DNA from: Nitrospirota bacterium
GTDB taxonomy: Bacteria; Nitrospirota; UBA9217
Reading direction: 5' to 3'
Assembly: GCA_963790205.1 (NCBI GenBank)
Contig: CAWBNQ010000001.1
Span: 608,001 to 672,000, forward strand
DNA length: 64,000 nucleotides
A model generated the notes under the pieces. The model saw only the letters and a program-made list of their open reading frames with translations, was not told the DNA's origin and searched no databases. Positions 40,629 to 49,759 of this stretch are shown here, in pieces. The position numbers and the translations under genes are program-made. Position 1 is the stretch's first letter, and the number at the start of each line of letters is the position of its first letter.

Positions 40629-41459
40629 TCACTTCGCGTTCGGGATAAATAAAGCATTGCCGTGCTTATCTTTATACGCGGCAACTGCATCCTGCCCTTC
40701 CCTGGAGATAATCCAGTTCACAAACTCCATCGCCTCCTTGTATTTCACGGTCCTGAATTTTTCCGGGTTCACGGCCATGACGCCGTACTGGTTGAAGAGC
40801 ACGGGATCTCCCTCGAGGACGATGACCATGTCGAGCTTGTCGTAGTCTTTCGTTGCAAGCCACGTTCCCCGGTCCGTGAGCGTGTAGGCCCGCTTCTCGT
40901 TTGCTATCCGCTGCGTCTTCTCCATGCCCTGGCCCGCATCGAGGTACCACGTTCGGCCTTTTGGATCGATTCCCGTTTTCTTCCAGATCGCGAGTTCCTT
41001 GGTGTTCGTGCCCGACTTGTCGCCGCGGGAGACAAAGGGCGAGCCCGATTCGGCGATTTTCCTGAACGCATCGGTCGCGGATTTCATGCCCTCGATCTTC
41101 GCCGGGTCGTTCGCCGGGCCGATGATGACGAAGTCGTTGTACATCACGTCGTGGCGGTTCACGAAGAAGCCTTCTTCCACAGCCTTCAGCTCCTGCTCTT
41201 TGGCATGGACGAAGACCACGTCGGCATCGCCGCGTTTCCCGATCTCGATGGCAGCGCCGGTCCCTACGGCGACGACGTCGATGTGGATGCCGGTCTTCTT
41301 CTCGAACAGCGGCAGGATGTAGTCGAACAGGCCTGAATTCTGCGTGCTCGTCGTGGACGCGCAGCGGATGCGGGTTTCGGCGGAAACAGGTGCAGCGTTT
41401 ACCGAGAAGAAGACACTAACCGTGATCAATGCCGCGAACATTTTTTTAAACGATTTCAT
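40629..41459 (-). CDS. tupA: Tungstate ABC transporter substrate-binding protein TupA (with signal peptide)
   Basis: STTSTQNSGL, AVGTGAA, MYNDFVIIGP, FVSRGDKSGT, YTLTDRGTW, NQYGV. Confidence 0.9.
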   Translation of the reverse strand: MKSFKKMFAALITVSVFFSVNAAPVSAETRIRCASTTSTQNSGLFDYILPLFEKKTGIHIDVVAVGTGAAIEIGKRGDADVVFVHAKEQELKAVEEGFFVNRHDVMYNDFVIIGPANDPAKIEGMKSATDAFRKIAESGSPFVSRGDKSGTNTKELAIWKKTGIDPKGRTWYLDAGQGMEKTQRIANEKRAYTLTDRGTWLATKDYDKLDMVIVLEGDPVLFNQYGVMAVNPEKFRTVKYKEAMEFVNWIISREGQDAVAAYKDKHGNALFIPNAK

Positions 41460-41545
41460 AATGGTATCCTCTCTATAGTAATATATTTTGCGACTGCTCC
41501 CGGCTCTCTCCTCGAAGATGGAGGGCGGGAGCGTGATCCGAAGCG

Positions 41546-42331
41546 CTACTTTCTTTTTTTATTAATTTGCGACGGCACGGCATCGGGTGTGAACAAACGA
41601 GCCCCGTGCTTTATATACTTAGCTATGACTCCCTGGCCTTCAGGCGAGGTTATATAGGCGACAAAATCCATAGCCTCCCGGTAGCGCGCATCGGGAAACC
41701 GTTCGGGATTTACTGCAATGACGCTGTACTGGTTCCGGAGCGCCGGGTCGTCCTGGACAACAATTCTTAAATCGATCTTCGCTTCATAGTTCAGATAAGT
41801 GCCGATATCGGTGAGCGTGTAGGCCTTCTTCTGGCTTGCGATGAGAAGGGTATCGCCCATTTTGCCGCCGGTCTCGAAATACCATCCCTTGCCTTTGGGG
41901 CTGATGCCGGTATCGTCCCAAATGTCCAGCTCCTTCGCGTTTGTGCCCGAGTCATCGCCCCGCGACACGAAGGGCGCGCCTTTTTCCCCGATCAGCTCGA
42001 AGGCGTCTATGGCGCTCAGGCGGCCTCTGATGCGGGCCGGATCGCTTTTCGGTCCAAGGATGACAAAGTCATTGTGCATGACTTCCCGTCGGTTCACGCC
42101 GTACCCTTCTGCAACGAATTTCTCCTCCCGGAAAGGATCATGAACAAAGAGCAGATCGGCCTCGCCCTTCTTGGCGATGCGAAGGGCCTTCCCCGTGCCA
42201 ACGGCGATCACCTCTACCGTCACGCCGTATTGCGTCGCTTTCTCGTAGGCGGGTATAAGGATGTCGAAAAGACCGGAGTTCTGGGTGCTGGTGGTTGATG
42301 CAATGACGAGCTTGACGGTTTTTTTCTTCAT
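41546..42331 (-). CDS. tupA: Second TupA homolog, apparently without a signal peptide
   Basis: AAGGAGG SD, then MKKKTVKLVIASTTSTQNSGL; SRGDDSGT; NQYSV. Confidence 0.85.
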   Translation of the reverse strand: MKKKTVKLVIASTTSTQNSGLFDILIPAYEKATQYGVTVEVIAVGTGKALRIAKKGEADLLFVHDPFREEKFVAEGYGVNRREVMHNDFVILGPKSDPARIRGRLSAIDAFELIGEKGAPFVSRGDDSGTNAKELDIWDDTGISPKGKGWYFETGGKMGDTLLIASQKKAYTLTDIGTYLNYEAKIDLRIVVQDDPALRNQYSVIAVNPERFPDARYREAMDFVAYITSPEGQGVIAKYIKHGARLFTPDAVPSQINKKRK

Positions 42332-42487
42332 AGCGTCCGCCTCCTTTGCCGGGATGCCCTCATTGTAGGGGCGGCACCGCAAAAAGTAAAATGCATTAAA
42401 ATCATATGACGTATGAATTTTGAGAATGCACGCGGGTCCGCGACAACGCAACATCACGGTGCGCGCAGGCAATACGTTCGATGGATA

Positions 42488-43234
42488 TTAATTTCGACGA
42501 GTTGTTCCTGCGTGGAAAAGCTTATCCCGTGTGGCCACAAGCAGCTCAGCCTCGGGGCAGGCGGGTGAGTTCAACACTTCGCTTGCAGTACCGGTCTGTA
42601 CGACCCTGCCGTTAGCCAGAATGATCAGCCGGTCCGCAAGGGCAGCGGCCTCGGCAAGATCATGAGTCACGAGCACGACAGGAATGGGAAATTCGCGCCG
42701 TATCTCCTTTAAGAAGTTCCGCATTTCAGAACGCAGGGGTGCGTCGAGAGCAGAAAAGGGTTCGTCCAGGAGAAGCGCGTCGGGCCTGCGGATGAGCGCC
42801 CGGGCAAGGGCAACGCGCTGCTTCTGTCCTCCGGATATCTCAGTTGGGAACTTATTCTCCAGTCCCGCGATCATGAAACGATCCATCATATCCCGGCAGC
42901 GCAGCTCTCGCTCCATCTTATTCAATCCGTGGGCGCCGTAGTGAATGTTTCCCCGGACCGTCATATGCGGGAAGAGTGCGAGGTCCTGGAACACGTATCC
43001 AAAAGATCGCGCTTGCGGAGGCAGATTGATTGCCGCCGTGCCGTTGAACAGGGACTTTCCGTTCAAATAGATTTCCCCTTCGTCAGGCTTCATCAGACCC
43101 GCGATCATCCGAAGCGTCATGGATTTGCCCGCGCCTGAGTAGCCGAAGAGAACGGCCAGTTCATCGCCGATCTCCCATTGCGCGTGGAGCTTGAAGCCGT
43201 TGACGCCTTTTCTGATATTGATGGAAAGTCCCAT
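42488..43234 (-). CDS. modC: Molybdate ABC transporter ATPase
   Basis: GYSGAGKS, VFQDLALFPH, ISGGQKQR, LLDEPF. Confidence 0.9.
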   Translation of the reverse strand: MGLSINIRKGVNGFKLHAQWEIGDELAVLFGYSGAGKSMTLRMIAGLMKPDEGEIYLNGKSLFNGTAAINLPPQARSFGYVFQDLALFPHMTVRGNIHYGAHGLNKMERELRCRDMMDRFMIAGLENKFPTEISGGQKQRVALARALIRRPDALLLDEPFSALDAPLRSEMRNFLKEIRREFPIPVVLVTHDLAEAAALADRLIILANGRVVQTGTASEVLNSPACPEAELLVATRDKLFHAGTTRRN

Positions 43235-43899
43235 TAGATGACCCGTTTCGTCAGCCTGTTCGCCGCGTACAGGAAAAGCCCGCAGATCAGCGTAAACAGA
43301 AGGGCCATCGTGTTCGCCTCCGACCAGTCGCCGCTTGCCGCCGAAGAGTAAATCGCCAGCGGCATGGTGTTCGTTCTGCCGGGAAGGTTGCCCGCCAGCA
43401 TGAGTGTCGCGCCGAACTCTCCCATGGCTCGGGCGAAGGAAAGTATTGTCCCGGCAATGATGCCTTTTCCGGCCAGCGGGAAAACGACCTTAACGGCGGT
43501 CCACCATTCCGAATGGCCCAGGGTATAGGATGCGTTGATCAGGTTCTTATCCACGGATTCGATAGCTGCCCGCGCCGCCTTCACCATGAGCGGCAATGCG
43601 ACTACGAACGATGCAAGTACCGCAGCATACCACGTGAACATGATGCTCCACCCGGTCCAGGCGTACAGATGCCTGCCGAGAAGCCCGTTCCTGCCGAAGA
43701 GGACGATGAGGTAATAGCCGGTGACCGTCGGCGGAAGTACGAGCGGGAGAGTCAGCAATATGTCGAGCAATTCCTTGCCAGGAAAGTTTTTGCGGGCAAG
43801 AAGGTAGGCGGCAGACAGGCCGACGATCACGACAAATATTGTCGCGACCGTAGCCACCTGCACGGAAAGTTTCATGGAGAACAACAGGGAGTTATCCAT
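43234..43899 (-). CDS. modB: Molybdate ABC transporter permease
   Basis: LPLVLPPTVTGY, FARAMGEFGAT, GRTNTMPLAIY. Confidence 0.92.
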   Translation of the reverse strand: MDNSLLFSMKLSVQVATVATIFVVIVGLSAAYLLARKNFPGKELLDILLTLPLVLPPTVTGYYLIVLFGRNGLLGRHLYAWTGWSIMFTWYAAVLASFVVALPLMVKAARAAIESVDKNLINASYTLGHSEWWTAVKVVFPLAGKGIIAGTILSFARAMGEFGATLMLAGNLPGRTNTMPLAIYSSAASGDWSEANTMALLFTLICGLFLYAANRLTKRVI

Positions 43900-43933
43900 T
43901 ATGCCGCTCCTGTTCTCTCCGCATGGCAAACGC

Positions 43934-44722
43934 CTACTTTGTCGTTGTTATCGGCTTGAATCCATACTTGGAGAGTATTTTTCTGCCCTCGCCAGAGGTA
44001 ATAAAAGCTAGGAAGCTCTTTGCCGCCTTCTCGTTCTTCGTGCCCTTCACGACGGCAATGGGGTAGATGATGGGTTTATGGCTCGCATCAGGCGCGGTCG
44101 CGATAACCTTGACCTCCCGCTGCTTCACCATCGCATCGGTTGAATACACGACACCGGCGTCCACTTCACCCCGGGCCACGTAATCAAGCACCTGCCGCAC
44201 GTTCTCGGCAAAAATCAGCTTGGGCCGTATCATATCAGATATTTTGTAATATTGGAATGTCTCGTCCGAATATCTGCCGACGGGAACGGTTTTCGGATTT
44301 CCCACGGCGATTTTCTTTATCTCCGCCTTTTTCAGATCCTCAAACGAGGTAAGCGTGATCTTCGAGGATGAAGGGACGATAAGGGCCACGGAATTCGAGA
44401 CAAAATTCGTTCTCGTATCTTTCACGACAAAACCCGCATTGTCGAGTTCATCCATGTCCTTCTGCGCTGCGGAAGCGAACACGTCCACCGGAGCCCCGCC
44501 CTTGATCTGCGCCATCAGGTCGCCCGATGCGCCGAGGTTGAACGTGACCTTGCTGTCCTTGTTCTGTGACTCGTAAAGTTTGCCGATCTCTTCAAAGGCG
44601 TTCTTGAGGCTGATTGCAGCTGATACCGTTATTTCTGTTGCTGGTTCAGCAAGAGCGCTTCCAACATGAAGAACCGCCGCAAAATGAAATAGAACGAACA
44701 ACAAAACTGTTTTCTTTATCAT
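43934..44722 (-). CDS. modA: Molybdate ABC transporter substrate-binding protein
   Basis: Signal peptide; SAAISLK, GASGDL, DVFASA, VPVGRY, GVVYSTD, IYPIA. Confidence 0.93.
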   Translation of the reverse strand: MIKKTVLLFVLFHFAAVLHVGSALAEPATEITVSAAISLKNAFEEIGKLYESQNKDSKVTFNLGASGDLMAQIKGGAPVDVFASAAQKDMDELDNAGFVVKDTRTNFVSNSVALIVPSSSKITLTSFEDLKKAEIKKIAVGNPKTVPVGRYSDETFQYYKISDMIRPKLIFAENVRQVLDYVARGEVDAGVVYSTDAMVKQREVKVIATAPDASHKPIIYPIAVVKGTKNEKAAKSFLAFITSGEGRKILSKYGFKPITTTK

Positions 44723-44768
44723 GATTCAAGCTTCTCTTTCGGCAACTGACCATCTGATGAGAATGACC

Positions 44769-44786
44769 TTGCAATGTCTCTGCCAA
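44769..44786 (-). promoter_or_regulatory. Sigma-54 (-24/-12) promoter upstream of modA
   Basis: Minus strand TTGGCAGAGACATTGCAA has GG-N10-GC spacing and ends 47 nt before the modA ATG. Confidence 0.7.
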
Positions 44787-45002
44787 TTTATATTTTCTTA
44801 ATTTTCAGGCAATCCCGCGTTCGGGTAAACTTAGGAGCTGATGAGTAAATAGGCATATGCACCGGGCGAATGCACTCCTCTATAGCTCGATTACATTATA
44901 TCATGATCGCAATGACGGCACGATTTCGGGAAGCTGCGCGGATGCCGCGTATTTTGATGGATTCTACGAGAAGCTGTGTAAAAGCATCAATAAGAGCAAC
45001 CA

Positions 45003-47744
45003 TCATATATCATCCGTACGGCTAATCGATTTTTCCTCAGCAAATAACTTCTCTATCCTCACGGCGCAGGCCTTGTACTCAGGCGTTCCGGTTATGGGGT
45101 CCCGGTGGCCGGAGGTAAGAATATTGGTGAGCGCATTCCTGAAGTGAAACGTAAGAAATACGTTGCCGGGCTGCGACCGGTCGGTTACTTTTGCCTTTAC
45201 CAGGACCTCGCCCCTTCGCGAAGCAACGCGGACCCGGTCCCCGCTCTTCATGTATAACGACTCCGCATCCTGTGCGTTCAGTTCCAGCAGCTCTTCGGGA
45301 ACCAGCTCCATGATCCCCGGCACCCTGCCGGTCATGGACCCGTTGTTGTAATGCTCGCGCACCCTGCCGGTGATCAACACGAAGGGATACTGTTCGTCAA
45401 TGGTTTCAGCGGAGCCTTTATGGTCGAGGGCCATGAACTTTGCCAGCCCGCCGGGACGAGCGAACAGATCGGTATAGAGCGTCGTCGTGCCGGGATGGTC
45501 CTTGGTCGGACAGGGCCACTGGATCCCTTGGTCCTCGATGCGCTCATAGCTTATGCCGCCGTAGATCGGCACCAGGCTTGCGATCTCATCCATGATGTCG
45601 GACGGATGATTGTAGTCCATGGGATAGCCCATGAGCGTTGAAAGCCTGCTGATGACCTGCCACTCCGCCATGCCCGCGACCGGTTCTATTGCTTTTCGTA
45701 CGCGCTGCACTCTCCGTTCGCCGTTCGTGAACGTCCCGTTTTTCTCGGCAAAGCTTGCGCCGGGGAGCACCACGTGGGCGTACTTCGTTGTCTCGGTCGG
45801 GAAGATGTCCTGCACCACGAGGAACTCGACCGACTCCAGCGCGCTCCTGACATGATTGAGGTCAGGGTCGGTCTGCGCAGGGTCTTCTCCGAGAATGAAC
45901 AAGCCCTTGAAATTCCCGCGCTTGCACTCATCCAGCATCTCGATCGATTTGAGCCCGGGCTTCGGACTGATCTTTACCTTCCAGGTCTTTTCGAATTTTT
46001 TACGGGCATGAGCGTCAGTGACCGGCTGATACCCCGGAAGCGTGGCCGGCAAGGGGCCGAGGTCGGACGCGCCCTGGACATTGTTCTGGCCCCGGAGCGC
46101 CATGATGCCCGTAGAAGGCCTTCCGAGGTGGCCGCAGACGATCGCGAGATTCGCGATCGCCATCGCATTCTCCGTGCCGGTCTGGTGTTCGGTGACGCCG
46201 AGGCCGTACACGATCATCGCCTTGTCAGCATGGGAATAGATTCTGGCCGCCTCGATGATGGTCTCTTTTCCAACGTTGGTAAGCTTCTCGACCCGGTCAA
46301 GATCGTATTCTTTCACCTTCTTCCTGAGATCGCCAAACCCTTCCGTTCTTTTTACGATGAACTGCGTGTTCTCCCACCCATTTTGCAGAATAACATTGAT
46401 CATGCCGTTCAGGAGCGCGATGTTGCTGCCGGGCTTCAGGTTGAGCCAGACGTCGGCCTTCCTCGCCATCCAGGTCTTTCTCGGATCAGCCACAACGAGC
46501 TTCGCGCCCTTGGCGAGCGCCTTCTTCAGCCACAGAGAAACGATGGGATGCGCTTCCGTGGGGTTCGACCCGAACAGGAAGAGCGTCTCGATGTCTGCCA
46601 TCTGGCTCAATGAATTCGTAGCGGCTCCCGCTCCGAGGCTCGTGGCCAGACCGGCCACAGTCGGGGCGTGTCAGACACGCGCGCAGTTGTCCACGTTGTT
46701 GGACCCGACTGCGCATCTGACCCACTTGGAAAGGAGGTAGTTCTCTTCATTCGTGCACCGAGATGAGGATAACCCGCCGACTTTTTCAGGCCCGTGCTTT
46801 ATGATCAATTCTTTAAATTTCGTTGCGACCAGTTCAAGCGCTTCGTCCCAGGTTGCCTCGTGAAAGACCCCGTCCTTTTTGATGAGAGGGGTCTTGAGCC
46901 GTTCCGGGCTGTGAATGAAATCGTAGCCGTATCTTCCTTTTATGCAGAGGTTGCCCTGATTCACGGGCGCTTCATAGTCGGATGACACTTTGATGACTTT
47001 TTTGTCTTTCACGTGCAAATAGAAGTTGCAGCCCGTGCCGCAGTAGGAGCAGGTGGTCTTCACTTTCGTCACGTCATGAGAACGTCCCTTGTGCCTGCCT
47101 TTCTTGTCGGTCAGCGCCCCTGTCGGGCAGGTGGAGACGCACTGGCCGCAGAACTCGCAGTTTTTTAACGAGCGCGGCTTGCTAAAAGCCGTATCGGGCA
47201 TCGTGTGAAAACCCCGGCCCGCCATCTCTATCGTGCCCGCCATGACCACGTCGTTGCAGATCCGCGTGCACCGCGAGCAGGAAATACATTTGTTCGGTTC
47301 AAACGTTATGAACGGATTATCTTCTCGTATCGGCAGGTCCCACCGTTCGCCCTCGTACATTCCGGGTTTAACATCATAGAAATAGGCCAGTTCCTGAAGC
47401 GTGCAGTCCCCGGCATTATCACAACACATGCAGTCATTGGGGTGATTCGAAAGAATCAGGGACAGCGTGGTTCTTCTGAGCCTCGTAAGTGTTTCGCTTT
47501 CCGTCGTGACTTCCATCCCGTCTTCAGCCGGCGTTGTACAGGAGGTCAGCGGCCTGCCCACGCCTTTCACCTCGACAAGGCATAACCGGCAGCCTCCGTA
47601 GGCTTCAAGCCGTTCGTCGTAACAGAGCGTCGGAATAAAGATGGCGGCTGCCCTGCAGGCCTCCAGAATGGATTTGCCCCGGTGGGCAGTGACGTGACGT
47701 CCATTGACGGTGAGCGTTATGGTTCGTTCTGCCGTTGTATTCAA
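45003..47744 (-). CDS. fdhA: Formate dehydrogenase alpha subunit, selenoprotein (in-frame UGA at 46671-46673), NuoG-like N-terminal Fe-S domains
   Basis: ORFs 46671-47744 and 45003-46658 are in the same frame, joined by VDNCARV-UGA-HAPTVAGL; CSYCGTGC; LRGQNNVQG; PEYKACAV; no Tat signal. Confidence 0.95.
46640..46673 (-). promoter_or_regulatory. Bacterial SECIS element
   Basis: UGA CAC GCC CCG ACU then GUGGCC-GGUCU-GGCCAC hairpin with G/GU in the apical loop, like the E. coli fdhF SECIS. Confidence 0.85.
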
Positions 47745-47853
47745 TATCGTCGTGTCCCTTCACGAGGTTGCTGCCGGCTGTTTGCACCGATCACGATACT
47801 GCATGATATGCGACCGCTCGCATGAATGCAAATTCCTTTTTATCATCCCGGGA

Positions 47854-47892
47854 ATGAATTCCTTGCATGGAGCGTTTATGATTTTTTTTCAT
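47854..47892. promoter_or_regulatory. Tandem LysR-type T-N11-A boxes between fdhA and lysR
   Basis: ATGAATTCCTTGCAT (47854-47868) and ATGATTTTTTTTCAT (47878-47892), both ATG-N9-CAT. Confidence 0.55.
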
Positions 47893-47937
47893 GCCTTCCA
47901 TGACTTCCCGACCGCAAACACCTTCCGCAGGAATTCA

Positions 47938-47966
47938 TTGACAAAGCAGAAGGGTGTCCTTACAAT
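47938..47966 (+). promoter_or_regulatory. Sigma70 promoter for lysR
   Basis: TTGACA-N17-TACAAT. Confidence 0.7.
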
Positions 47967-47990
47967 GAAGCGCTGTAGGGCCTCCATGCC

Positions 47991-48896
47991 ATGGAAGACC
48001 ACCGATTAAAATCATATTGTCTTGTCGTCGAGACCAAGAGCTTTTCCCGGGCGGCCCAGGCAAAACACATGACTCAGTCCGCCATGAGTCGTCTGGTAAA
48101 AAGTCTCGAGGAGGAGCTGGGGGTAACGCTGCTCCATCGCAAGGGGAAGGCTGTCGCGCCCACAGCCGAGGGGAGACTGTTTTACGAACACGCGAAGAAT
48201 ATCCTTGAAGGCTATTTGCGTATGGAGCAGGACATCGGCGCCGCGGCACACGCGGCAAAAAGCGTCTTGCGTCTGGGAGCCAGCAGAACCCCGGCTGTAC
48301 ATCTTCTGCCCCAGGTCATCTATGAGTTTTCCAAAGCTCACCCCGGCATCAGCATAGACCTTTCGGTGTGCAAGACCTCGAGCGTTTTTCGGGACCTCCG
48401 TGAGAGCAGGATCGATATGGGAATTGTCGAGGGGACCATCATCGACAAGACCTTTTCCGCGGATGCCATAGCCGAGGACGAAGTTGTCATCATCTCCTCT
48501 GAGAACCATCCTCTGACGAAAAAAAAGAACATCACCTTGCAGGAGTTGACTGCTGAGCCGTTCATTCTTCCCGACCGCGGCTCGGGAACACGGGAACTGG
48601 TGGATGATTTTTTTCAGGAAGCGGGGATCGACGCGAGAACCATCAAGGTCCGCATGACTCTCGGCAGCCCGGAAATGATCGTTCAGATGGTCCAGGCGGG
48701 GCTGGGCATCGCATTCGCGTCGAAGTGGTCGGTATTTACCGCGGTCAAGGAAGGAACGGTGAAATTACTGAGAATACCGGGAAAGAAGATGAAGCGGCAC
48801 TTTTACCTTATCAGCAGCGACAAAGGAACTCTTTCGGCTACTGTTATCATATTTAGAGATTTCATTAAGAAGCACAGTTTTTTCATCCCGTTTTAA
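47991..48896 (+). CDS. LysR family regulator (CysL/selenium-metabolism-associated type)
   Basis: SFSRAAQAKHMTQSAMSRLVKSLEEELG HTH; GSGTRE; divergent from fdhA. Confidence 0.9.
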   Translation: MEDHRLKSYCLVVETKSFSRAAQAKHMTQSAMSRLVKSLEEELGVTLLHRKGKAVAPTAEGRLFYEHAKNILEGYLRMEQDIGAAAHAAKSVLRLGASRTPAVHLLPQVIYEFSKAHPGISIDLSVCKTSSVFRDLRESRIDMGIVEGTIIDKTFSADAIAEDEVVIISSENHPLTKKKNITLQELTAEPFILPDRGSGTRELVDDFFQEAGIDARTIKVRMTLGSPEMIVQMVQAGLGIAFASKWSVFTAVKEGTVKLLRIPGKKMKRHFYLISSDKGTLSATVIIFRDFIKKHSFFIPF

Positions 48897-48897
48897 A

Positions 48898-48992
48898 TGG
48901 AGACTGACTACGGAATCGAACCGAAGACAAGCCATGCACGGCTGTCCAGCGGGGTTGAAGCCCGCTGCCGGCGCCAGCCGACAGAGCCAGTC
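48898..48992 (-). tRNA. UCA-anticodon tRNA with tRNA-Sec-like body but U73 and probable 8/4 fold (selC*-like)
   Basis: GACTGGCT CT GTCGGC TGGC GCCGGC AGCGGG CTTCAAC CCCGCT G GACAGCCG TGCA TGGCTTGTC T TCGG TTCGATT CCGT AGTCAGTC T CCA; anticodon at 48956-48958. Confidence 0.88.
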
Positions 48993-49014
48993 CTGACAAT
49001 GAAAACTCTTCGTT

Positions 49015-49614
49015 CTATACCCACACGACCTTGTCGAAGTCCTGCATGCCTTCCACAATTTGATTGGTCGTGCCCCTGTTGCCGACCTTGAGTTCCGACT
49101 CAAGATTATAGTGCTTCAAACAGGTGCCGCAGGAATATATCTCCACGCCAAGTCCCGCGAGCTTTTTCAACACAGCCACGGTTTCCTCGTTCACCGTGGT
49201 CAGCTTTACGCCCGCGTTCAAGAAGAACACGGTGTGCGGAAGCTGCTTGTAGGCCTTCATGGTATCAAAAAAACCTTTGATAAGCTTTTTCCCCAGGTCC
49301 TCGTCCTTGCCAAGACTGTCGGTCCCGATAATGAGTAGCAGCGTCTTTTTCTTCGGTGCCGGTTCAGTACCTGCAACTACCGGCTCAATACTGGGTTTAC
49401 AGGTATATCCCTTCACGACCTTAACCTTCCAATCCTTGCCTTCTCTCGTAGTCTCGGCAAACATGCCGTGTTGCGTCGCATAACCCGATACATTGTCCGC
49501 CGAATCCTCATTGTCCACCAGCACTTCGATGATGCCCTCGTTGATCTTCGAGAGTGCTTCCTCGGTCATCATGACCGGAAGGGGACAGCCTTTACCACGC
49601 GCATCTATCTGCAT
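49015..49614 (-). CDS. yedF: Sulfurtransferase-like selenium metabolism protein YedF (TusA + DsrE domains)
   Basis: IDARGKGCPLPV TusA motif; FFLNAGVKL and SCGTCL DsrE-like motifs. Confidence 0.88.
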   Translation of the reverse strand: MQIDARGKGCPLPVMMTEEALSKINEGIIEVLVDNEDSADNVSGYATQHGMFAETTREGKDWKVKVVKGYTCKPSIEPVVAGTEPAPKKKTLLLIIGTDSLGKDEDLGKKLIKGFFDTMKAYKQLPHTVFFLNAGVKLTTVNEETVAVLKKLAGLGVEIYSCGTCLKHYNLESELKVGNRGTTNQIVEGMQDFDKVVWV

Positions 49615-49659
49615 ATCGCCGCCTTTCGGCCGGGCTCCGTAAATTCGAGCTACTTTACC

Positions 49660-49696
49660 ATAGGCTTGCTTGATATGTAAAATAGGTATTTTCGAT
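49660..49696. promoter_or_regulatory. Tandem LysR-type boxes upstream of yedF-tRNA(UCA)
   Basis: ATAGGCTTGCTTGAT and ATAGGTATTTTCGAT (T-N11-A), 22 nt start-to-start. Confidence 0.55.
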
Positions 49697-49759
49697 TAGC
49701 AGGAAGACAAGCATCGGCACTATCAGCAGACAGGAAAACCGGGAAGATGTTGTTTACGA

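Noticed and set aside
44730..45000. Moco/Wco riboswitch upstream of modA or tupA
   Set aside because: No recognisable conserved structure; a sigma-54 site explains the region better
45003..47744. Two separate ORFs or a nonsense pseudogene of fdhA
   Set aside because: Same frame, UGA at the catalytic Sec column, and a SECIS hairpin follows
48898..48993. Calling the UCA tRNA a plain canonical selC
   Set aside because: An 8/5 fold starting at 48993 needs G1-U72 and leaves no discriminator before CCA; G73 is absent. Kept as selC*-like, though not proven
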